Shown: positions 45,899-59,880, numbered from the whole stretch's first letter. The stretch: 62,618 nt of DNA, filler included, from Ionaspis alba (GCA_964255285.1; 3 parts of 3 records of this genome joined end to end with filler, not necessarily neighbours in it); one strand, 5' to 3'. Numbers and translations are program-made. The notes: generated from the letters alone by a model not told the origin.

Positions 45899-47877
45899 CG
45901 CGACCAAATAGCAAATCGGGCAGATCCCCGCCCACGACGTCTTGCCTCCTTCTACGATGCGGCTGTGACTTCAAGAGTTGTGCCTCTTGCTTCTTGGGGA
46001 ATCGGAGACGCAATTCGAAAGGTCAATTGAATGCGCGCCGTCTTGCGCTTTGCGAAAAAAAGAAATGAAGGTCGAAGTGGTCAAGTTGGTCAAGTTGTTC
46101 GCCGCCGCCAGAAACGATGGATGGGGGCAAGCAAGGAAATGGATTAAAATAGGTGCTGAGGTGACGTGAAAGTTGCTAGTGAGACGTGGAACAAGCGAGG
46201 ATCGACAGAACTTGCGAGTCGGCTGTGCTACGGTAGCAATTGATGAGCCTTGTCGGATCGCCCTTCACTCCTCGAGGAATTGTGAGTGAATCTGGATGGA
46301 CAGAATGCTGTCGGTGAGAGGTGGTCGACGACGAAGAAGAAGAAGAAGAGTAGATGAAGGAGAGTAGTATAGAAGTAAGGCAGCAGATGGAAGGACGAGA
46401 CGGGCATTGGATTGGCGCCATCGAACGGCGGGAGATTGCATGATTATTTGCTTTGGACAGGGGAGTCCTGCCTTGGGTGTTCTAGTTGCCCTAGCTGCCC
46501 GTCCCCGGGGGTGCTTCCATGTTGCTAAGAATGAAATAGCGCCCAGTTCTGGAGGCTGCTACTAGCCACAAGTCTCCGCATCCACATCCACATCCACACC
46601 ACACACTCTTCTCCGTGTGGCTCTAAAGAAGGAACGACCAGGGGAAGGAACACTATTGTTTCTCTGAGAGCCGTCGTCCCGTCAAGGTCTAACATTTTGC
46701 TGCTTGTTAAGGTTTTCCAAAGGCACATCATGGAGTTACTGAAGGATCAATGGACGGACGTTTGACTCCAAATACGCCCCCATGTTTCATACTGCTTCAT
46801 TGCGTGGCATGGCATGCATAAACTGGGTCGACGAATCAGATGCTTCAACAGCTTCCCTTGCTTCCTGGATAGCTTCGAGTCATTTCCAACCACCAGAACC
46901 CACTTTGCTACTCTGTCACCGCAGAGGAGACCCAGGCCTTTTTCTTCCACTAGTAGTGTGGGACGGTGAAGGATGCTATATTTCTGCTTGATATCCACTC
47001 CTTCCATAGTACCATGTTCTTCAACCGACTCATACCAGTCAATGCCAACGACAATTCCACATGACAAGACCGAGATAGGAGAATCTCTACTCCTCAATCC
47101 TTCTTTTGTTGCCAAAAGACAATTCATGAACCACCTAAACTCTGATACTCCATGACTTTTACAGCGACTTCACTCATTGGATGCAGGATCAGGTAGGGTA
47201 GGACAGATTCAGGCACAGTTGTAGAGGACGGCAATGCCGAGACGGCGTATACTAAAAGATCTACTTCGCCCTGCAGCATTTTTGTGTCTATACACGTGGT
47301 GGTGACTGCAATAGTGAGGTTCCGCGCCATTTTCCTCTGCCATCGTGCGCTGCGTTGTATACTAAAAAAGGACAGCGTAGGCTTAATGGCACAGTTTTAC
47401 GGCAAATAAAGTTATGCATCTTATGCAAATTCTGTTGAGCCATTAATCCAAGTTCAGGGTCTTCGGCGACACGGCGCCGGATCGCCGGAGGCAGCCAGCG
47501 CAGCCGCTACTGCGCCAGGCAAAGCCAACTATTCGTCCGTTCCTTTGTAGAAAGTTAGTCAACTGGGTCTCGTGCATCCTGATCACCGTCTCCGATACAG
47601 CGACGAGAAAAAACAAATCAGCCTGTCCACTCACTTGCCTTACTACTCCTTCCTGGCACCTGCGTCTGTCTCGATGCGTGATCCATTAACTACCTGATCG
47701 CCCCACATTCAACCACCGTCTTTCCTCCCGCGCGTTCCCCTTTTGGTGCTGATTCCATTCCAGTCGGACGTTACACAGTCCTATCCTTTCAACGCACACA
47801 GATTTCTCTGCGAATTTTTCCTGAAGGGGCTGCGACGGGTCAGCCCAGTTACCACCGGCACTATTCCTTCCTCAAAG

Positions 47878-50226
47878 CTGTCACGGTCTGCCAATATCCC
47901 CCTCCGCAACCTCATTCCTGCCTCCCGGCTGTCCGAGGACCATTCGACAGCGCTGCTGGAGTCGACCACCGTAAACGAAAAGGACGGCTCCCGGCATTCC
48001 CTCGACTCGGCCGACTCGGACTTCTCCTTTTTCAGCGACACTGGTGATCTAGCGGAGCAGCTCGCCGCTGAGGAGGATCCCTTGCACATTCAGATCCGAG
48101 AGTCTTTCGACGAAGCATCGGGGTCCCATGCGAGGGGGGGACGGCAACACAAGAGGAGTGTTCGGTATATTCAACAGGATCACCTACAACGGAAGAATAC
48201 CAATCCGGGGATTGATAAAGAGGCAATCGAAATACCTGAGCCTCAGCCGAGATATATCAGCCGAGCCGAGAAGGTTGTTGCTGTCATCATGACGGGGAAT
48301 AGGGAGGCGAGCCAGATGCATGGCTTGACGGGCAAAGCTCTATTGTATGTATTCGGAAACGGCATGGCCTAGAAGGCAACAACTAATGTTTCACAGATAT
48401 TTCACGAGCGTTTTTGTTTCGCTTGGGGTTTTCCTTTTTGGGTATGATCAAGGAGTCATGTCAGGAATCATAACGTTAGTTGGTACAAGCTTGAAGCTGC
48501 CTCGACCATAAGCTGAATCGTGAAACTCAGAGGTCCATACTTCAAGGACTATTTCAACCAGCCCAGTAAAGCGGAGATCGGTACGATGGTTGCTATCTTA
48601 GAAATCGGTGCCTTTATATCATCCTTGTCAGTTGGAAGGATAGGAGACATGATCGGCCGGCGGCGAACCATCTTATACGGATCGATCATATTTTTTATCG
48701 GAGGAGCCCTCCAGACCTTTGCAACCGGCATGCCTATGATGCTTTTGGGACGAATTACTGCTGGTCTTGGTGTGGGTGCTCTATCAACCATCGTTCCGAT
48801 CTACCAGTCCGAGATATCGCCTCCACACAACCGGGGAAAGCTTGCGTGCATCGAGTTTACGGGAAATGTCAGCGGATATGCTGCCAGCGTGTGGGTCGAT
48901 TACTTCTGTAGCTACATTATGAATGACTATGCCTGGCGGGTGCCTTTAGCATTGCAATGCTTTATGGGAGCTCTGCTCGGTATCGGTAGTCTGATTATTT
49001 GCGAATCTCCGAGGTAGGCTGTTTGACCTCCGTCTCACAATATGCTGGCTAATGATCGAATTTGCAGATGGCTGCTGGACAATGACCACGACGAAGAGGG
49101 TATTGTAGTTATCGCCAACCTCTACGGCGGCGGTGACATCCACAACGACAAGGCCAGACAGGAGTACCGCGAGATCAAGATGAACGTCTTGCTGCAAAGG
49201 CAGGAAGGAGAAAGGTCTTATACTGACATGTTCAAAAAGTACTATAAGCGTGTATTCATCGCCATGTCGGCACAAGCACTTGCACAACTCAACGGCATCA
49301 ACGTTATCTCGTACTACGCGCCCCTGGTCTTCGAGTCTGCTGGCTGGATCGGTCGAAAGGCAATCCTTATGACAGGCATAAACGGTATCACATACCTGCT
49401 AGCAACGATTCCACCTTGGTACCTTGTCGACCGCTGGGGACGTCGGATCATCCTTCTTTCTGGAGCTGTGGCCATGATTATTTCTCTTTCGCTCATCTCA
49501 TATTTCTTGTTTATTGACATTCACAATACCCCAACACTCGTGGTCATCTTTGTCATGATATACAATGCATCCTTTGGAGCTTCATGGGGTCCGATCCCTT
49601 GGCTCTACCCTCCAGAAATCTTGCCTCTTAGTATACGAGCGAAGGGGGCAAGTCTCAGCACAGCAACGAATTGGGCTTTCAATTGGCTAGTCGGCGAAGT
49701 TACACCTGTACTTCAGGAATGGATAAAGTGGCGTTTATACCTTGTACATGCTTTCTTCTGCGCTGTCAGTTTCGTTCTTGGTACGGAACCAGTTGTCCCC
49801 TTCAGGCATGTTACCTTTTCGCTAATGTGTGCAGTATATTTCATTTATCCGGAGACCGCAAACCTCCGGCTAGAGGATATGGATCAACTTTTTGGTGACG
49901 CTACCACTGCCATGCCGACACCTGCTCAACATGCCGAAGTCGAATCTCTCATGAGCGCCAGCAGATCTCCTGTACCTTCGCTCGATATCCGGAGAGGAGC
50001 CCCAGGTAACTTTACTGCTGACAATGCCATTCCGGGACTAGACATCAACCCACCAAACGATGTCGAGAACGGAAAGCCTCGGCTACCCGATGGTAATGAG
50101 AACGTACCCCGCAACGAAGGCATAGGAGGCTGGATCTCGAGAATGGTGAAGCGGAGTAAGAGCAATGACAAGAGCGGAAGTGGTGAAGCTGGAGCATATA
50201 GACGGTTGGATCAGAACGACGAGTGA
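47878..50226 (+). CDS. MFS sugar porter (monosaccharide transporter); first AUG at 48289, proposed CUG start at 47878
   Basis: SLGVFLFGYDQGVMSG, GDMIGRRRT, VPIYQSEISPPHNRG, ESPRWL, AQLNGINVISYY, SWGPIPWLYPPEILP, YPET. Confidence 0.9.
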
Positions 50227-50908
50227 ACGACCAAGTGCATGGCTATGTACATTAATCCATGGTTTGGAAGACACCTTTGGAGTGCCGCTGAGCCCAATGC
50301 ACCTGGCTTCATGATATAGGGACCTAGATGGCGTTTGATGAGCGAGTGTTGATTCCCAGCTGCGAAGCATTTATGTAGCAGGCCTTGTATCTAACTTGTT
50401 CGAATGCACAAACCACACGTGTCACAGCATCATTGCTTAAGAGCATTGGCACAGTCACTATTCATTGGTTCTCGTGCAACACAATCTTGACCGTAATCAC
50501 GAAAGTAAAATTGAGCCGGAGGCTGACGCCGCACCAGCCCCTGAATCCAGAAGAGCATCCTTGCTCCTCGCTTATTTTTACGTCTTGGCGGTGGAGAGGA
50601 AACGTCGATCTCAGCTTCTGCGGCTCCCTATCAACTCCGACTCCGTCTTGACAGCGTAGTGAGGTTCTCGCTGTTATCTGATGTGGGAAGAGGAGTCTGA
50701 ATCAATTCCATGACTTGAGTATCGTCACGACTATTACTTTCTTGTAATTCATCATTTCTTGTCACTCTTTACTGCCTAGGAAGCTTAACAGCTCGCGTCA
50801 GTCCTGGTGTATTACCCCTTGATTGACTTCGACTTTACGGTTTGCTCGACTACTTTTCAGCGAATCCTACCTTATGATATAAGTTGTTCTTCCGATATTG
50901 ACGACAAT

Positions 50909-53397
50909 ATGGCGACAAACACGAGTAGCTTTGCTACCGGAGCAACATCAGGGGAACAGGATCTGCGGAGGAGAAACGTCCCCTCTCACCACGGCAGCAA
51001 TGGCAGCATCGCCCGCACACCCGATAGTGTTGATGAGGAGAAAACTCGAAGGGTACGTTCTCTGTGATTAGAAGTCTGCCTTTCTCGTCAGCTAATATTA
51101 TTTCCTCCTCCAGCAACCTCAACAATCTCCCCTCTCCACCCTCGACGAATGGGAATTTCTTATCGCGCCCTTAGTCTTCACCTTCCTCGCATTCTTCACC
51201 CGAACATGGAGGATAGGCCTCTCAAACATAGTGACATGGGATGAAGCTCAGTATGTCTCTCATCTCCCCTATCTCTAACAGGCGCGCATCTCCGTCCCCT
51301 AAACATCGGCTAACCTTACCACTCACTACTCTATCAGCTTCGGCAAATTCGGCTCCCACTACCTCAAACGCGAATTCTACTTCGACGTGCACCCACCCCT
51401 CGGAAAAATGCTTGTTGGTCTCTCCGGCTACCTCGCCGGCTACAATGGCTCCTTTGAATTCAAGTCCGGCGAAAAATACCCCGAGGATGTCAACTACACT
51501 TTCATGCGGCTCTTCAACGCGACGTTCGGCGCTCTCTGCGTACCGCTGGCATACTACACGGCGCGAGAGCTGAACTTTCGTCGGCCGACGGTCTGGCTTG
51601 TGACCATGATGGTGCTGTTTGAGAACTCCTATGCTACGATTTCGAGGTTTATTTTGCTGGATTCGATGTTGCTGTTTTTTACGTTCACGACGGTGCTTTG
51701 TTGGGCGAGGTTTCATCGGTTGCAGAAGGAGAGCTTTGAGCCGGAATGGTTCCTTTGGTTGTTTTTGAGTGGGATCAGTATTGGGTGTGTTTGTAGTGTC
51801 AAATGGGTGGGCATGTTTGGAACTGCTCTTGTCGGCCTCTATACGATTGAGGACCTGTGGAATAAGTTCGGGGATTTGGAGATGCCTGTGGTCAGTATCC
51901 TCTTTGGGAGCTGGAGCCTTTTGCTAAACGCCAACAGATCACATATGCTCAGCATCTTGCTGCCAGGGTTGTGGGTTTGATAATCGTTCCGATGATGGTC
52001 TACATGTTCTCCTTCTATATCCACTTCCTTGTCCTTGAGAATAGCGGCCCCGGAGATGCTCAGATGAGCTCCCTTTTCCAGGCAAACCTCAGAGGCACCA
52101 ATGTTGGGAAAGACAGCCCTCTTGAGATCGCCTATGGTTCTCGAGCGACTCTGAAGAACATGGGCTATGGAGGCGGTCTCCTCCATTCCCACGTTCAGAC
52201 GTATCCCGAAGGTTCTGGACAGCAACAAGTGACTTGCTACCACCACAAGGACGCCAACAACGACTGGTTCTTCTACCCCAACCGCAACGAACCGGACTTT
52301 GACCCAGAAGCGCCAATCAAGTATGTGGCCGATAAGGATGTTGTCCGCTTCATCCACTCCCAGACTGGCCGCAACCTACATTCCCATCAAGTGTCAGCAC
52401 CAGTCACTAAGGCAGACAACGAAGTTTCGAGTTATGGTAACACTACCGTTGGCGACGACAAAGATCACTGGACAGTAGAAGTGGTCAGAGATGCTGCTTC
52501 ATCTGACAGATCTAAGATCAGGACTCTGACGACCGCCTTTCGGCTGAAGCACACTGCTCTCGGCTGCTATTTACGTGCTGGAAACGTCAACCTCCCACAA
52601 TGGGGTTTTAAACAGATTGAAGTGACTTGCGCTAAGGAGAACAAGCCTCGAGATGTCTACACCCATTGGAACGTCGAGTCTCACTGGAATGAAAAACGTG
52701 AGTCATTTTCCTAAATATCTAATAAATATGCTTACATTCTATAGTTCCGGCCGGTGACCCCGGCTCCTACAAATCGCCTTTCCTCCGCGACTTCATCCAC
52801 CTCAACGTCGCCATGATGACCTCCAACAACGCACTCGTTCCCGACCCGGACAAACAAGACGACCTCGCCTCCCAGTTCTGGCAATGGCCCATTCTGAACG
52901 TCGGATTACGCATGTGTGGTTGGGACGACAGTATCGTCAAGTACTTCCTGCTCGGCAACCCAGCCGTCTACTGGGGCAGCACGGCCAGCTTAGGCATCTT
53001 CGGCATCGTCGTGTTCTGGTATCTCATTCGTTGGCAGCGCGGCTACGATGAGCTGAAGCAGTGGGAGATTGATCATATCCACTACTCGGGCTTGTATCCT
53101 GTGCTTGGATGGTTCTTGCATTATCTGCCTTTTGTGGCTATGGCGAGAGTCACTTACGTCCATCACTACTATCCGGCCCTGTATTTCGCTATCTTGACTA
53201 TGGGGTTCGTGGTTGATTGGTTTACGAGACCGCTGGCGAGAAAGGATAGGAGAATTGAGTGGGCGGTTTATTTCGCGTTGTATGCGTTGGTCACGGGAAT
53301 GTTTATCTTGTTCCGTGCGATTGTGTTTGGGATGGTGGGGGATAATAAGCAGTGGAGGTATTTGAAGTGGTTTGATCGATGGAGGATTACGGATTAG
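50909..53397 (+). CDS. PMT2: Dolichyl-phosphate-mannose-protein O-mannosyltransferase, PMT2 subfamily
   Basis: [43 protein letters not shown] domains ([25 protein letters not shown]), [12 protein letters not shown]. Confidence 0.95.
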
Positions 53398-53835
53398 ATG
53401 CGTACGGTGTTGGGTTCATAGGGTTTGGTGGAGGATCCTGTGTGAGCATGGTAGGAGAGGAAACGGATGCTGGAAGGTTCGTGTAGAATTAGGATTGAGA
53501 TGAAAAGTGGGGTTCGTGAAATATCTTGAGAATCGTCCTGGGGTATGCATGTTGACATTGAGATCAGTATTTTTGTCAAACTTGAGTCTGATAAGGACTT
53601 TATACATTTATAGTTCTCCTTTTGTGGTGGTACAACCTTGTGTTACTTCCTGCCCCTAGATACCGAACAGCCTGCGCGATTGACCATGGTCCTAGTCAAC
53701 TCCAACCGAATGCTTCCAAGAGGCTAAAACGCTGCACAGGAATGCATCTCGCGGCGCCTTCCCCGAACATATATTACACTTCAGAACACCAGACAACCCT
53801 CCTCAGCGCCACTCCTACCATCCTCATCCTCTCCA

Positions 53836-54805
53836 TCAACAACACCCACCGCCACTCCCCTTTCCCATCCCCCCAACTTCATTCATACCCAGTACCACGG
53901 CCCCTCTCCCTGGCCCTCCACCCCCTTCTCTTCTGGTACCAGCTCCAGGCCCCTTGACACCACTCCGCCGATCATTCAAATCATATCTCCCCGCCTCAAT
54001 ATTCTGATAAATCCTCTCCGCCACCTCCAAGAAGGCTCTCTCGACTCCCTCCCCGCTCTTCGCAGACGTCTCCACATACTGCATGACCCCATTCCGTTTA
54101 CACCACTCTGTCGCCTCCTCTTTCGTCACCGCGCGCCTGTTAGGTGTGTCGCGGCCACTGCCTATTGGTCCGCTGTTCACTTCCCCATTCTCTTCGTTGC
54201 CATCGGTTGAGGGAGCAGGGTTGGATACGAGGCTGTCGTGTGCCAGGTCGGATTTGTTGCCAACGAGTATGACCACGATCCCTTCTTCTGCTATCTGCCG
54301 CAAATCTTCGAGCCAAGATGTCACGGAATCAAAGGTTGGGCGACGAGAGATGTCGAAAACGAGAAGCGCACCCGAGGCGCCCCGGAAATAGGATCGCGTT
54401 ATGGATTTGTAGGTTTCCTGGCCGGCGGTATCCCAAAGGGAGAGCTTCATTCTTTTTTGGCGGTCTGGTTGTGGAGAATTTGCTAAGGCGTTTTTGGGAG
54501 ACTTGGATGGGGTAGTTTGGGTAGAGGAGGGCGTGCGTTTGGGAGACGAGTGCGGATTGTTGATATTGAGGGCGAGGGAGGCGGGAGGGCCGACAGGGAC
54601 AATGCGGGAGCCGAATTCGACGCCAATTGTTACATCGTGGTGCGGGGAGAAGCGGCCTTCGCAGAGGCGGATCGTGAGCTGCAGGCGGAGGTTTGTTAGT
54701 TGGCAATGAGAGGAGATGATGAACGAATGAGCTTACGCTAGATTTACCAGTGCCACTGTCGCCGATGCAGACAAGCTTTGCGATGTAGTCCCATGGTTGC
54801 GACAT
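53836..54805 (-). CDS. Rab GTPase, Rab2/Rab4-like, with loop insertions and C-terminal CC prenylation motif
   Basis: WDYIAKLVCIGDSGTGKSS|LTIRL, TIGVEFG, WDTAGQETYKSITRSYFRGA, GNKSDL, ETSAK, GGCC*. Confidence 0.93.
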
Positions 54806-55432
54806 TGGAGGGGAAGAAAGTAGTTGAGGCTGGATATTATGGGGAAGTGATCGAGAACATGGAGTGGACTGCTAGACCGACGTCACTCACTGGCTGCAGG
54901 GCTTATTGCACAGATCACGTTTGCTGCATTGTTTGAGAGGTCTCGGGGGCCGAAGTACAATGAGGACAACGGTCAAGGTCGAGTCTCGAGTGTGTGCAGT
55001 GATCTTAGCTGTAAAGGATTTCGTCTTTATTTCCTCCCAAATCCGTCAAAGACTTGGATGGTTTTGGCTGTTCACATGGAATATGTTTCGTGCATAACTT
55101 CCAACCGCCGCTTATTATGCAGCGGCGTTTCGGGCTGTGATTCACCGCTATCGTGTGCGACAACTTGGCCTAGAAGGCATCCGGGCATCATTCAGGTCAC
55201 ATCATCCGTTACCTTTCTATCTCTCGTGACACTTTCCACATTCCTACCCAACGTCTCTTCGATCAGTACTGTCTCTCCTCACAACCCTAAGTCTGAGTGC
55301 CATCTAGGTGCAAGATCCTACCATTTCTAAACACCGTTCTTGCGGTGTTCTTATCGGAGGCTGGGTGTCTAAAGAGAGTGGAGCTTCGTAAGCTCGACTG
55401 ACAAAGAAAGCTGTGACCGATGTTGTGATACG

Positions 55433-57764
55433 ATGTTCTCTGAATGTAAGCCTCTCCGATCAAGGCTACTGCACCTACAGTTCTCCCAAGAAATCGCCAT
55501 AGCATTGGTGTTCTAATGAATCGTTGCAGATGCGTCACGCTTCCTTGCGCAATCACAATCTCGAATATCCTTCCGCCAACCCGAGGAATCGACAAGGAAT
55601 CCTCTCGAACGACCTCGACGACAGGACCAAACCTCGTCACGAATACCTGGTGGACGATCGTACCTGCAGCGTCCGACCGTCGGGAGCCCCTACCGAGCCG
55701 CGATCCCAAGTCTCTCTCAGTTTCCTTTTGCTTCACGGTCAAACGCCCAGCAAGCACCTTTGTTCTACAGCGCGACGGATGCGTTCAGGGAGGAGGATGA
55801 CGAGGAGGAACATGAAAGGGAGGTGGCCGACTTCTACGCTCTGCAAAGATCGAGGAGACAGTTTGTGGATCCCCGCCTGGAAGAGTCATCCGAGGCCGAT
55901 GACGACGGCAGTAGAGCATCCGGGCTCGAAGAAAGTGGCGATGGCCGAAACTCAGATGAGCGGGGGATGACCAGAGGAGGAGGGATCAAAAGTTCGTGGA
56001 GAGGCGGAAGATCGAGTGGGAGGGCACGCAGGAAATCCAAGGATGATGTGGAAGAGAACAGCTTGACAAGAGTCACGAGCGAAGCGAGCAGTGCTGGAAA
56101 GGGTCGCATGTATGACGTCGGTTTGGAGAGCACAATGAGAGAGAGCATGGATGTGCTCGAGCACGATGAACCGCCGGGCGATCTCACCATCGAGATACCT
56201 GATGACAATCCGCCCTCGATCCAGCAATTCAGGAAACCACCCAAAGCGCAGGATCCGTATTCACCGTTTCTACCGCAGGAGACAGATGTGGAGACTCAGC
56301 GGGATCGACCTCCACCTCCGGACTCGGACTCCTCGTCTGTTCCACCCACAGTATCCATAACCACCACAGAACCGCCACGACATGACGCATTTTGGGGCAA
56401 TCTGTATCTTATATTACTGGCAGCTCTATTCGCAAGCTTCTTATTGATCTACCTCCATAATTCTGTTCCGAAACTGAATCGTGGTCTCGACACTGTATAC
56501 ACTACCTTGCATGCATCGTTCTACCTCCTCGCTGTCGATACTCTCGTCGCCATCATCGTCTCCCTATGCTGGCTCGCACTGCTACGCTCCTATGTCCGTC
56601 CTCTCGTATACACCATCCTCGTCGCCGTACCTGTCGTTCTCCTCGCATTCTCTCTATACCCGCTAATATCGAGCTTCAAAGGGCAGTGGCATGGAGCCAG
56701 TACTCAGGACAAGGCTATGAGGTGGTTCTCATCAATACCAGGGTTTATGGCTCTAGGATGGATCTACGCCGTGTACAAAGGCCGCCACTCATTTGAGAAG
56801 GCGATCGGCATCCTCGAATTCTCTTGTCGAATCCTGGCTGCCAATCCCGCACTCCTTCTGCTCGGCTTCGGCACACTATTCGGTGTTGTCGCGTGGACTT
56901 GGCTGTGGATGGGAATGTTTACCAGAGTGTTCCTTGGTGGTCATCTCTCGAAGAGCTTGTTCGTCATCGACATGAGTACCTGGTGGCTAGCCGTCTTCTT
57001 CATCCTTGTCTACCTCTGGACCCTCGCAGTCGGCGCTGGTATCCAACGAGCTACTACCGCTGCGACGGTGAGCCAATGGTACTTTCACCGCCTCGTTGTT
57101 CCTTCTCCCACATCAAAGCAAGTCGTGCGAGCAGCTCTCGGTCATTCCACCACGACCCATTTCGGCACTATCTGCTTCTCAACTCTCTTGACCCTCCTCA
57201 TCCGTCTGCCCCTACTCGTCGTCCCACGCCGCATCGTCGCTCTCCTTGGTCTATGCACATACACACTCCTCCCCAACTCAACCGCCATTCTCACGCACCC
57301 CGTCACACTCACCTACAGCGCCATCCACTCGCAACCTCTCGTCTCCTCATCCCGAGCAGTCTCGCAGCTTTCCTTCATGGGCGCTTCGAATCCAGCTACA
57401 GCAAACCGCTTACGCTCCCGCAATGCCGCCTACACAGTTACTTCTTCTATCCTCCCCTACAATCTCGCGCTCCTCTTGCTGCACTCGACCCGCCTTATCA
57501 CATCTTTCGGTTTCGGTTTCGGCGCCTGGGTCAGTACCGCTCGCTCGCTCACTTTCAACGACGCAGCTCTGTCCTCGACTGTGCGAGGGAGCCTGTACGC
57601 TTATATCGTTGGTCTCATCGCTGCAGCTATCGGATGGGGAATATTGGGTGCTATGGAGGGAGTGCTGACGGGTGTGGTGGATGCGGCCGTGGTGTGCTGG
57701 GCTAGTGAATTGAGAAATGGGGAAGTCAGGTATTGCCGGGAGGCGGGGTGGCTGTTTGGTGAGG
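55433..57764 (+). CDS. Choline transporter-like (CTL/Pns1, Ctl1-like) membrane protein; intron 55446-55528; 3' end at gap
   Basis: MFSE|YASRFLAQSQSR, acidic N-terminus, about 10 TM segments, GIQRATTAATVSQWYFH, TTHFGTICFS. Confidence 0.88.
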
Positions 57765-58367
57765 NNNNNNNNNNNNNNNNNNNNNNNNNNNNNNNNNNNN
57801 NNNNNNNNNNNNNNNNNNNNNNNNNNNNNNNNNNNNNNNNNNNNNNNNNNNNNNNNNNNNNNNNTGGTGAGGATTTAGGAATCGCGTTTGCGTTTGGCAT
57901 TGTTGCAACGGAGTGAAGAATGTTTTTGGTCATTTGGAATTAGCGTGCGTGGTGCGGAGGGGCATTGGGTATTATTACTGCATTAACAATTGAAATGTCT
58001 TCCATATGTGTTCCTCCTTGCATGTGATTACGATGTGGAGACTTACTCTCCTGGTAGTACGAGGGACTTAGAGTTCCGCCAAGTGGACCTGATCATTGGC
58101 CTATTAATTACTGGAATGATAAGTTATTCAGTAAATTCAATAACTGTGTCAACATGTGAAAACATTTGTGATACCTTCTCTGCAACCGGCGCGTATCTAA
58201 GCGAACGCTAAGGGTGAACAGACAGGGCTGAACTCGGATTGGCCGTAATATTAAGCAGAATCATTCTTTCGCAAATAGATCCACACTCTTCTTGACAGCA
58301 GAAAGGGCTGTTATCTAGTTCGCTCTGCTGGCATTACTCACATCTCTTTCATGATACGGTAGGAATC

Positions 58368-59880
58368 ATGTCGTCGGCTTCTGATTCACGTCCGGCCACT
58401 CCCCTTCCAGAAGCCGGGCACGATCCAAGGGATCCAAATCAGCCTCTTGAAGATGACCATGACCCGCCAGTTGCACCGCTTGCAGACCCTACCGCCGATA
58501 TGGACGGTTTCGATCTGGAAGCCGACTTATCTGACAACGACTCAGTTCTCTCCGACGTCGATGAAGCTCAATTCGAAGACTTCGACCCAGCGAATGTCGC
58601 AATTGAGGAACGCCCTGCTATAGCTGTCGATGAGGATAATGTGAAACTACTAGGACGCCATAAGAGGAAACGTGATGCTGTTGATGGACTAGTTGACGGT
58701 GAAGGAAGCAAGAAAAAGAAAAAGGAAGGGAAGCGTGAGAAACCGAAGAAGTCGAGGAAGGCACAGGATAGTGATGACAATTTCAGTGGAGGAGAGGAGA
58801 TCGAGGGCAAGAGAGCTAGGAAGAAGAAGCCCATCACTGAAGGAGGTGAGAAGAGGGAGAAGCCAAGACCTAGAAAAGCTACGCCAGAGAATGAAGAGCA
58901 GCTAGATCCAGAAGAACGTGAGTAGTAGCTGGACTGCCTTCTCTCCAGCATGTCTCGATGGCTAATGTGTGTCTCTTTTCAGGTCGTAGGAGAGCGCTGG
59001 ATAGAGCTATGGATGCCGCTTTGAAGAATCCGAATAAACGTCGGCGTCGAGCAGATGGCATCGTAAGCTACAATACACGTTTCGCATTCTACTCAAAACT
59101 CTAACCTGCATCCAGGATGTCAATTCAATGGCTGATGATGAAATCGCTTCTCTCCGTCACCGAATGGCCGAGGCAGCCGAGCGCGATGTCCAAGCCCGTT
59201 CTTCTGACCCTCCTCGACCAGCAATGCACAAATTACAACTCCTTCCAGAAGTCATCGCACTCCTAAACCGTAACGGCCGGGAGATAGAAAACGCTATCGT
59301 CGATCCGGAAAACAATCTCCTAGAATCCGTACGCTTCTTCCTCGAACCCCTTAACGACGGCTCCCTACCAGCCTACAACATCCAACGTGAGCTATTTGCC
59401 TGCTTAGCCAAACTACCTATCGGCAAGGATGCTCTTGTATCCAGCGGTATCGGAAAAGTTGTTCTCTTCTACACGAAGAGCAAGAAGCCCGAATTAGCTA
59501 TCAAGCGGCAAGCAGAGCGTCTCTTAGGCGAGTGGACACGACCCATCCTCAAACGCAGCGACGACTACCGCAAGCGAGTTCTCGAGACTATTGATTACGA
59601 TCCCACCAGACTTCCTCATCGACCCAATTCCCAAGCAACTGGTCTATCTACTGCGGACAGTGCGGCCCAGATCAGAGAGCGAGCGTTGGCGCCACCTGCT
59701 AGGAACTCAAATAGAGCAAGAGTGGACACGAGCGCACAGAGTTATAGTATTGTTCCTAAAAGCTCGGGTGCCAATCCTGCGAGTGCATATTCACGGCCTA
59801 TGGGCGCCAGTGGAGAGGATGCGTTTAGAAGGTTGAAGGCGAGGCAGATGGTAGCTATGGGGAAGGGGCCGAAGAGATGA
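58368..59880 (+). CDS. IWS1: Transcription elongation factor Iws1/Spn1, 3 exons
   Basis: PAMHKLQLLPEV, LLESVRFFLEPLNDGSLPAYNIQRELF, SGIGKVVLFYTK, EWTRPILKRSDDY. Confidence 0.95.

Noticed and set aside
46400..47400. ORFs and CATCCA microrepeats in the CHS7-like/MFS divergent intergenic region
   Set aside because: Short and non-coding-like; ordinary promoter sequence.
897..57764. Lipid/choline gene cluster (elongase, choline kinase, CTL-like)
   Set aside because: The genes are tens of kb apart among unrelated housekeeping genes.
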